A DNA stretch of 64,000 nucleotides from Candidatus Latescibacterota bacterium (GTDB taxonomy: Bacteria > Latescibacterota > UBA2968 > GCA-2709665): positions 5,152,001 to 5,216,000 of the forward strand of contig OZ244744.1 in assembly GCA_965219455.1 (NCBI GenBank). Reading direction: 5' to 3'. The notes below the pieces were generated by a model that was not told the DNA's origin, did not search any database, and was given only the letters and a program-made list of their open reading frames with translations. A program made the position numbers and the translations under genes. Within the stretch, counting starts at the first letter, position 1; the number at the start of each line of letters is the position of its first letter. This document shows positions 56,785 to 64,000 of this stretch, one piece after another.

Positions 56785-57291
56785 TCAGATCAACGTCTCG
56801 ACCAGGGCGCGGCTGACGGGATCCAACTCTCTGTAGTCGGGAATCTCATAGCGATTTCCATCGGCATCCCTGAGCAGAATCCGGCCTCCCTGCATGATGC
56901 GAATGTCGCGTCTGCGGCTGCGGACCTCGAATACGCGATGGCCGCTATCGGTCTCCACGTCCCATTTCGGGATGTGAAAGTTTTCTTCGAGCTTGTTTAC
57001 CTGAAGTATGACCGGCGCGAAATAAGTGCGCTCCAGGTCGGACTCGAGGATGTTGCGGCTTTCGTCATCCAGGCTTGCAATGTCCCGGATAGCGCCAATC
57101 TCCGTGCCGTCGACACCCTTGAGGACGATGAATTGACCGGTAGCCGTGAGCGGAAAGGCGCGATGCGCCGTAACCGGTTGGCGCTCATCCCGGTATTCCA
57201 GGATCAAATCCGTGAATTCATCCCGACGGAGGCGGGTCCGGTCAGGATCCAACAGCGTCAGTTCCTGCTCGAGATGATACTCTTGTTGCAT
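56785..57291 (-). CDS. DUF1854 family protein
   Basis: RAFPLT, YFAPVI, WDVETDSG, DADGNRYEIPD; follows the ABC gene. Confidence 0.8.
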   Translation of the reverse strand: MQQEYHLEQELTLLDPDRTRLRRDEFTDLILEYRDERQPVTAHRAFPLTATGQFIVLKGVDGTEIGAIRDIASLDDESRNILESDLERTYFAPVILQVNKLEENFHIPKWDVETDSGHRVFEVRSRRRDIRIMQGGRILLRDADGNRYEIPDYRELDPVSRALVETLI

Positions 57292-57332
57292 AGCAGAACC
57301 GGGATTCCGGGATGCGCCCCGTAGACATGCGG

Positions 57333-59702
57333 CTACCAGGCGCGCAATTGCGACATTTCGGATTGCATGCGGCAGAGACGGGCATAGATCCCGTCGCGTT
57401 TGATAAGGTCGTCGTGCGTGCCCATCTCGGCCAATTCGCCTTTGTCAAGGATCAGCAGGCGGTTGGCATTTTTGAGCGTCGACAGACGATGGGCAATTGC
57501 AAAGGTAGTTCGGCCCGTAATCAGGCGTGCGATGGCGTCCTGGATCTGAGCTTCGGTTTCCGTGTCCACGCTGGCCGTTGCTTCGTCCAGGATCAGAATG
57601 CGGGGGTTCCTCAGGATAGCCCGCGCGATGGAAAGTCGCTGGCGTTCGCCGCCGGAGACACGCAGGCCTCGTTCGCCCGCGGGCGTGTCGTAACCTTCGG
57701 GAAAATCCAATATGAAATCGTGTGCATTTGCCGCTTTCGCGGCCGCGACGATCTCGTCCAGCGTTGCGTCCGGTTTGCCGTAGGCGATGTTTTCCGCAAC
57801 GGAACCGTTGAACAGAAACGGATCCTGCAGGACCACGCCGATCTGCTCCCTTAGGGACTTTAGAGAGACTTCCGTGATGTCCCGGCCGTCGACAAGGATT
57901 GAGCCTTTCTGGATATCGTAGAAACGGCAGATCAGGTTGATGAGTGTGCTCTTCCCTGCGCCGCTATGACCGGCGAGGCCGATCATTTCCCCCGGTTCCA
58001 CTCTGAAATTCAGATCATTGAGGATGGGTGTGCCGGGCTCGTAAGAGAAGGTGACCCCGGAGAATTCTACGGAACCTGAAATTCGCGGCAGGGAATTGGC
58101 ACCGGGCCGGTCCGCGACGTCGGACTGTGTATCGAGGACCTCGAAAATACGCTCGGCCGACGTGGCCGCACGCTGGAAACGGTGGTTGAGACGGCACAGG
58201 CTTTCCACGGGACCGTAGAATTGCCACATGTATCCCGTGAACGCCACGAATTCACCGATTGACATCCCGTCGTTCAGAACTTTGTTGCCGCCCATCCACC
58301 AGATGATGAGGGTGCCTAGAGAGGTGAGGAAGGTCATAATGGGTGTAAACGTGCTTCGAACTCTCGCCACACGGATTTCGCCCGAGAGCAGGCCCCAACT
58401 CCTGTTCTCGAACTTGCTTACCTCTCGCTTTTCCTGGGCAAAGGCCTTAACGACGCGCACCCCGGGGATCGTATCTGCCAGCAGAGCGTGGATATCCGCC
58501 CACCGGCGCCAGAGACTATGATATAGGTCATGCAGCCTTCGTCCGAAGTAACGCGTCACCAGGATCAGCAGGGGGGTGGGCACCAGGACGAAAGCCGCCA
58601 GAGCGGGGTTCAGCGAAAAGAGAATGATACAGATGATTATGATGGTGGCGATGTCCCGGATGATTTCCTGGAGGCCGTCCGAGATGAAGTCCTGGAGGCG
58701 GTTGACGTCCTGGGTGATGTTCGACATGATGCGCCCGGTTTCCCGTTCGTTGTAGAAACTGAGCGAGAGATAGTGGAGATGTCGATAGACCTGTTTGCGA
58801 AGATCGAACGTGATTCGTTGGCCGAGTTGCGCGAGCAGATACGTGCGCACGGCGCTGAGCCCGTTGCGCGATATGTTGACCAGCAAAAGGAGCAACACCA
58901 GCACGGCGAGCATCGTGCGTTTATCGAGACCCCTGGTCGGCGCCGGACCCGGCGTCTGGCTCCTTGGAACGGAAGAACGCGGCTCGGCGGGAATTAAGGA
59001 CACCCCCGTTGTCGAGCCGCTCGTGTTGGCCACCAGGACGTCATCGATGAGGGAGCGCATCAGCAGAGGCGGCGTCAGGCCGATAAACGTGGCGGTCAAA
59101 AGAAGGATGAGGCTGACGACCCCTATTTGCCAATAGGGCTTCGCGTAACCCAGGAGGCGGAAGAACAGTTTGCGGGAATCAAGGCACATCGGACAGACAC
59201 CCATCCAGTGTGGGATCACCTGCTGGCACCGTTCACATCGCCGCTTTCGGGCGCCAAATCCGTCTACACTCGATTTTGCGATTCGCGTATCGGCCGGTAC
59301 GGGTTTGCAGTGTCTGACGAGGCGTTCAATTTGAGGGGGAACTTTCGAGAACTTGGGAAGCAGCGTCTTGGTGAAAAAGGCCAGCGAAGAACCGTTTTGC
59401 GAGGTCCGTATTTTGAGCACACCGCTGCCGAACAGTTCAAGCACCTCCACGCGGGTAATCTCCGCGAGGCGAATACTGAGGATCTCAGGAAGCCCGTTTT
59501 CAGTCGGGCTGATACCGATCAGTTGCCGACCGGTCCCCACCAGCCACGCCGGCCCATAAACACCATCGAACCGGAGATCGGTTGAGACGGACAGAAGAAT
59601 CTCCTCGTCGGGCTCAAGAACATTATGGGTGGCGGCGAGAATGTCTTCGGGGATTTCCTCGCGGATTGGAGTTTCAGAGACGAGGTGATTTGGGTTGTCC
59701 AC
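57333..59702 (-). CDS. ABC transporter, fused TMD-NBD with N-terminal extension
   Basis: GHSGAGKS, SGGERQR, ILDEATASVD; CxxC..CxxC before the TMD. Confidence 0.92.
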   Translation of the reverse strand: MDNPNHLVSETPIREEIPEDILAATHNVLEPDEEILLSVSTDLRFDGVYGPAWLVGTGRQLIGISPTENGLPEILSIRLAEITRVEVLELFGSGVLKIRTSQNGSSLAFFTKTLLPKFSKVPPQIERLVRHCKPVPADTRIAKSSVDGFGARKRRCERCQQVIPHWMGVCPMCLDSRKLFFRLLGYAKPYWQIGVVSLILLLTATFIGLTPPLLMRSLIDDVLVANTSGSTTGVSLIPAEPRSSVPRSQTPGPAPTRGLDKRTMLAVLVLLLLLVNISRNGLSAVRTYLLAQLGQRITFDLRKQVYRHLHYLSLSFYNERETGRIMSNITQDVNRLQDFISDGLQEIIRDIATIIIICIILFSLNPALAAFVLVPTPLLILVTRYFGRRLHDLYHSLWRRWADIHALLADTIPGVRVVKAFAQEKREVSKFENRSWGLLSGEIRVARVRSTFTPIMTFLTSLGTLIIWWMGGNKVLNDGMSIGEFVAFTGYMWQFYGPVESLCRLNHRFQRAATSAERIFEVLDTQSDVADRPGANSLPRISGSVEFSGVTFSYEPGTPILNDLNFRVEPGEMIGLAGHSGAGKSTLINLICRFYDIQKGSILVDGRDITEVSLKSLREQIGVVLQDPFLFNGSVAENIAYGKPDATLDEIVAAAKAANAHDFILDFPEGYDTPAGERGLRVSGGERQRLSIARAILRNPRILILDEATASVDTETEAQIQDAIARLITGRTTFAIAHRLSTLKNANRLLILDKGELAEMGTHDDLIKRDGIYARLCRMQSEMSQLRAW

Positions 59703-60111
59703 GCGACGTCCTGTTCACACGGAATAGGTGCTTTGGCAAGCGTTGATGCAACATGCAAGTGATTGCTTACTTAACATAATCGGGCAACGCGCCCAAGTCA
59801 AGGCCTATATACCTGAGAAGCGTCCGCGTTCCAATATGTACATGACCGGTGTAAGGGGATTGAATTGGCGCCAATGCGGCGGCTGTTCGCCGGCGCCTCC
59901 GCCATGTTCTCGCGCGGCCTGCCATCCCTCAGACAGGCAGCGCGCCGGGCGGGCACCGGTCTCACGGAGAATCCGTCGGTCCGATCACGCGTCGCACGGA
60001 TTCGCTGCTTCGCAGCAGGAATGCGGCAAACTCGCCCGGGAACTCGCCGGGAAAACTGGAAGCTTGCCGCATTCCTTCAAAATACCTATAATGGATAACG
60101 AAATGGGGGAA

Positions 60112-61149
60112 ATGTCAATCAAGTATCGCCGGCCGGGGACGTCAGTGCGTGAGCGAGCGCGGGATATCGCGCCTCAGCAGCGGACGCGTGCGTCCGCTCG
60201 CCAACCTGTTACCGGCGAGATCGAAACCAGGGAGTTCAACCTGGGGTATACGTTGGCCGGAGGACAGGTATTTCGGTGGGGCCGTGACATGGATGGGTGG
60301 TGGAAGGGCGTTGCCTATGAAACCGTGTTCCATCTACGTCAGGTGGGTGACACGATGCAATACCGCACGGTGGCATCGAGCGTCGCCACGTACCAGGGTG
60401 AGATGTCCGTTGCTGAATTTCTCACCTGGTACCTGAGATTGAATGAAATGCCCAGAATCCGCGTCCCACGCGGAGACGGATACCTGCGCCGCGCAAGGGA
60501 TCTGTTGAAGGGATTTCGGTTTGTCCGGCAGATGCCCTTCGAGTGTGTGATTTCGTACGTATTGTCCGTGCAGGCGCATATGAATCTGACCAGGCGTCGG
60601 GTGAACTTCCTGGCCGAAACGTGGGGCCGCGAAGTCGAGTTTATGGGAAGAAGATACTGTACGTTTCCCGAACCCGATGCATTGGCCCGGTTGAACGGTC
60701 CGTATTTCAGGTTAAACCGTTTCGGGTGGCGGTCCGAACGCGTGGCTGCAACGGCGCGGTTTATTTCGGAGCGAACGGGAGGCGATCCGGCGGGGCTGTC
60801 TCTGGATGACTGGCGGGAAATCGTGGATGCGTTGAAAGCACGGGCCGGAACCGGCGTCGGTCTGAAGGTCGGCAAGTGCATAGACCTGTTCGCGCTGGAA
60901 CGGCTTGATGCCGTGCCCGTGGATACGTGGGTACTGAAATTCGCCCGGGAGTGGTACAATGTGAAGGGTCCGGACAGGAAGGTATGTGCGTGGGCGGAGG
61001 AGCGCGGAGGCAGGTACGCCGGATACATGAACGAGTACCTGTTCGCGTACTACAGAGAGCTGAACGGCGCTTCCCTGCACGATCGCGTCATTTCGTTCTG
61101 TGCTTCGGATGCGCCGTCTTCGGAACTTCCCATGCTGGATGGAGGTTAG
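60112..61149 (+). CDS. OGG1-like 8-oxoguanine DNA glycosylase (HhH-GPD)
   Basis: TLAGGQVFRW, RQMPFECVISY, FPEP, GVGLKVGKC..L..VPVDTWV. Start estimated. Confidence 0.85.
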   Translation: MSIKYRRPGTSVRERARDIAPQQRTRASARQPVTGEIETREFNLGYTLAGGQVFRWGRDMDGWWKGVAYETVFHLRQVGDTMQYRTVASSVATYQGEMSVAEFLTWYLRLNEMPRIRVPRGDGYLRRARDLLKGFRFVRQMPFECVISYVLSVQAHMNLTRRRVNFLAETWGREVEFMGRRYCTFPEPDALARLNGPYFRLNRFGWRSERVAATARFISERTGGDPAGLSLDDWREIVDALKARAGTGVGLKVGKCIDLFALERLDAVPVDTWVLKFAREWYNVKGPDRKVCAWAEERGGRYAGYMNEYLFAYYRELNGASLHDRVISFCASDAPSSELPMLDGG

Positions 61150-61436
61150 AATACTGTCCGGTTTTCCGGCATCGTCACGTTTGACGAAGACGGTTTAGGC
61201 AAAGTGTTCCCCCCGGGCGCCTCCCTTCCGGTACCGGTCCGGCAACAACAGCCGGGGTTTCGCATAGCGGGCGCCGCTGTCTGCGGGCCGGCGGAAATGT
61301 CGACCCTTGCAAGTATGCCGCAAACAGGCATGGCAGGTATTGCCCGATTACATTAATCTCTTGTCACCTCTTTTCCGATGATATCCGGCCGACGCCGTCG
61401 TAGAAAGCCGGATACCGCGATCTGACTGCTTCCGAT

Positions 61437-62357
61437 ATGAAACACGTATCGGTCATTATTCCAACCTACAACCGCTCGGTGTTCCTGCGCAGAACGCTGG
61501 AGCAGGTATTGCGGCAGACGTATCCGTCTTTCGAAGTGATTGTGATTGACCAGTCCACAGAGCACCCACCGGAAGTCCGGGCGTATCTGACGTCCATCCG
61601 CGCGCGCATTCGTTACGAACAAACGGATACGGCCAGTCTGACGCGGGCAAGAAATCTGGGCATGAAGATGGCTCGTGGGGAGGTGATTCTCTTTCTGGAC
61701 GACGATGTTGATCTGCCCGGCGGCTTCATCCGGAGACATTTGCGCAATTACGAGGCGGTGGATGTCAGTGCCGTGGCCGGTGGAATTCTGAATGCGCACA
61801 GCCATGGCCGCCCCGAACCGACACGCTGTGGTTCGGTGACGTGGTCTGGCCGCGTGATTTCGAACTTCCATGCAACAGGACGCCGGAATGTCTCGCACGG
61901 TCCGGGAGGGAATTTTTCATTCCTCCGCGAGCAGGCGTTGCGCTGTGGCGGTTTTGACGAACAGTTCGCGGGAAGCGCGCTTCGCGAGGATACGGATTTC
62001 TGTCTCCGATATCTTAAGGCCGGGACCGGCCTGATGGTCTTCGAACCGGAAGCCGCGGTTTTTCACCACGCAGCGTCGTTCGGGGGCTGCCGGGTCTCGG
62101 ACCAGGCGGCCGATCCGAGGACCTATTCCAATGAACTATATTTCTGGTTGAAACACTTTGACAAGCGGATGGTGCCGTACTTTATCCTCAATCTGGCGGT
62201 GCGTTTTTTTATTTTACGCGGCCAATTGAGCACGTTCGGTTTCTGGCGGACCATGCCGATGAAGCTGAAGGCGCTGTCGCAGGGCATACGGAACGGGATG
62301 GGCCTCTATCGGAAAACCCGCAGGAATGGGGGGCGGATTTTGAGACGGAATGGCTGA
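61437..62357 (+). CDS. Glycosyltransferase family 2
   Basis: SVIIPTYNR, ARNLG, FLDDD, GGFDE, EDTDF. Confidence 0.93.
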   Translation: MKHVSVIIPTYNRSVFLRRTLEQVLRQTYPSFEVIVIDQSTEHPPEVRAYLTSIRARIRYEQTDTASLTRARNLGMKMARGEVILFLDDDVDLPGGFIRRHLRNYEAVDVSAVAGGILNAHSHGRPEPTRCGSVTWSGRVISNFHATGRRNVSHGPGGNFSFLREQALRCGGFDEQFAGSALREDTDFCLRYLKAGTGLMVFEPEAAVFHHAASFGGCRVSDQAADPRTYSNELYFWLKHFDKRMVPYFILNLAVRFFILRGQLSTFGFWRTMPMKLKALSQGIRNGMGLYRKTRRNGGRILRRNG

Positions 62358-63870
62358 ATATAACGAAGAAGAAGCGCGCAACGCGCTGGATCTTGCGACA
62401 CTTACACGCGGCGTGGGTGTCAATCTCCTGACCCTTTTCTCGAAGCTGGGTCGCCCGGCATTTTATCTCATTGCCGCACGTTTATATTCTCCTGCATCCT
62501 ATGGTCTCTATTATCTCGCCTGGACCTGGGTGAATCTGTTTTCCCGGTTTGCGTTTTTCGGTCTCGACAAAGCGTTGCTCCGGCACCTGGCCTACCATCA
62601 GTCGCGCGGTGAGAAACAGCGGGCCCTGGGGAGCGTCAGAACAGCCCTTTTTGCCGGAGGCGTTTTGAGCCTCTGCGTAAGCCTGGGCTGTTTTCTCTTT
62701 TCCGACGCTCTGGGGGGGTTAATCGGTCGAGAGCGGGTGGAAATTGCACTGCGATGGATGGCATTCGTCGTCTTCTTCCAGACCATGGCCGGGCTGCTGC
62801 TTCAGATACCAATCGCGCACAAGGTTATGGAATATCAGCTATACGTCAAAGGCCTTACCGAGCCCGCGCTGTTGATCGGCTTTGCGATCCTGTTCTACCT
62901 TCTCGGCATGGACCTGACTGGGATCTGCGGGGCGTATCTGGTTGCCATGGCTATCGTGTTTTGTTGTTCCATAATGCCGGTTCTCAAGTTCTTTCCATGG
63001 CGAACGTGGTCCGAAAGTGGGGTTGGATTTGAGCGAAAGCTCTTTCGTTTTTCGTTTTCGATGTTTCTGATCGACCTGATCGCGGAACTCAACGGACGAT
63101 TGGACGTCGTCATTGTCGGATCGTTCATCGAGCCCGAAACCATCGCCGTATATGGCGTGATGATACAGCTGGCCGGAATCGTTCGCGCCGTCTCCGGTGC
63201 ATTCGATCCAATTGCGAACCCTTTTTTTGCCGAATACCACGCCCGAGGAGAGATTTCGCGTCTGGGTGATTTTTTCAAACTGGTGACCCGCTGGGCGACG
63301 CTGGTAACCATTCCCATTCTGCTCGTATTTGCCTTCAACGGGAGCCAAATTGCCGCATTCGTGGGGTCGGAATTCTCAGCGGGATATCCCTGGTTGATGA
63401 TTCTGTTGCTTGGCGCTGCCGCATCTGCCCTATTGGGTTTGTCGGGCTATGTTCTGGTGATGACCGGGCATCCCGACGCCCTCATGGGTGTCAGAATTGT
63501 CACGCTACTGGTCAGCGGGATTGGTACTCTTGTTCTGGTTCGCCGGTTCGGACCGATGGGAGCCGCGATCGGTGCCGCATTCACGGCAATTATGTCTCAG
63601 GCACTCTCCTCCTGGTGGGTATTTCGACGGCTGAAAGTACACGCGTTTTCAATCAAGCTTTGCAGGCCACTGCTTGCCGGCGGCGCGACCGCGGTATTGA
63701 TGAAGGTTTTCGGCCCTTTGGCTTCGTTCGCACCTTTCTGGGATGTTATGGGCCACGCCCTGCTGATTTTTCTGTGCTTCGGCGGGTTTCTCTGCCTGCT
63801 GGGCATTGAAGATGAAGAAAGGCAGTTCGGGTTGCGGGTCTATCACCGGATCAGACGGATCTTCGTGTGA
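62350..63870 (+). CDS. Wzx-like polysaccharide flippase
   Basis: Many hydrophobic segments, MOP-family pattern, lies between glycosyltransferases. Confidence 0.85.
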   Translation: MAEYNEEEARNALDLATLTRGVGVNLLTLFSKLGRPAFYLIAARLYSPASYGLYYLAWTWVNLFSRFAFFGLDKALLRHLAYHQSRGEKQRALGSVRTALFAGGVLSLCVSLGCFLFSDALGGLIGRERVEIALRWMAFVVFFQTMAGLLLQIPIAHKVMEYQLYVKGLTEPALLIGFAILFYLLGMDLTGICGAYLVAMAIVFCCSIMPVLKFFPWRTWSESGVGFERKLFRFSFSMFLIDLIAELNGRLDVVIVGSFIEPETIAVYGVMIQLAGIVRAVSGAFDPIANPFFAEYHARGEISRLGDFFKLVTRWATLVTIPILLVFAFNGSQIAAFVGSEFSAGYPWLMILLLGAAASALLGLSGYVLVMTGHPDALMGVRIVTLLVSGIGTLVLVRRFGPMGAAIGAAFTAIMSQALSSWWVFRRLKVHAFSIKLCRPLLAGGATAVLMKVFGPLASFAPFWDVMGHALLIFLCFGGFLCLLGIEDEERQFGLRVYHRIRRIFV

Positions 63871-63880
63871 GAGAGGGGGT

Positions 63881-64000
63881 ATGGTGAGAATCTGTATTGA
63901 CGCGCGCGAGGTCCGGGACGTCGAAACCGGCGTCGGTCGGTATGCGTTCAGCCTGGTCCGCGCCATTGCCCGGCTGGATAAGCATAACGAATACCTGCTG
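63881..64000 (+). CDS. N-terminus of glycosyltransferase family 4 (partial)
   Basis: MVRICIDAR...TGVGRYAFSLVRAIARLDKHNEY; open at the window edge. Confidence 0.75.
   Translation, partial: MVRICIDAREVRDVETGVGRYAFSLVRAIARLDKHNEYLL

Noticed and set aside
59728-60111. Long N-terminal extension of the OGG1-like ORF (likewise 8431-8664 and 48376-48603)
   Set aside because: Low-complexity upstream in-frame sequence overlapping probable promoter regions; downstream ATGs fit family lengths better.

Overview
Bacterial chromosomal window, GC-rich. Gene content (long IspG, PorX-type RR-PglZ next to tsaE, ankyrin, serpin) is compatible with an FCB-related lineage, which is inference only. 1-8.2 kb holds accessory genes, including an ECF sigma factor fused to a beta-clamp (DnaN)-like domain. 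About 8.3-28.7 kb is a co-oriented anti-phage defence island abutting the 3' end of tRNA-Ile2(CAT). It contains AAA ATPase+DUF4276, type III-like Res, AlbA/Schlafen ATPase, orphan HicB, a truncated mod copy, a PIN TA pair, full Mod, a reverse transcriptase-nitrilase fusion flanked by structured non-coding DNA, a RelE-like/UvrD helicase, GmrSD-like DUF262-DUF1524 and a Cas4-like PD-(D/E)XK nuclease. Three cargo modules in the island are each bracketed by diverged direct duplications of neighbouring backbone sequence. 28.8-64 kb is mostly housekeeping: dnaG, ispG, mutS2, cvpA, rpsU, HK/RR, tsaE, NFACT, ClpX-like, murQ, UPF0182, KamA, queC, RND, Rieske, ABC, OGG1-like and the start of a polysaccharide locus. 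No CRISPR array, integrase or transposase was recognised. All family calls come from motif recognition by eye, not database searches.
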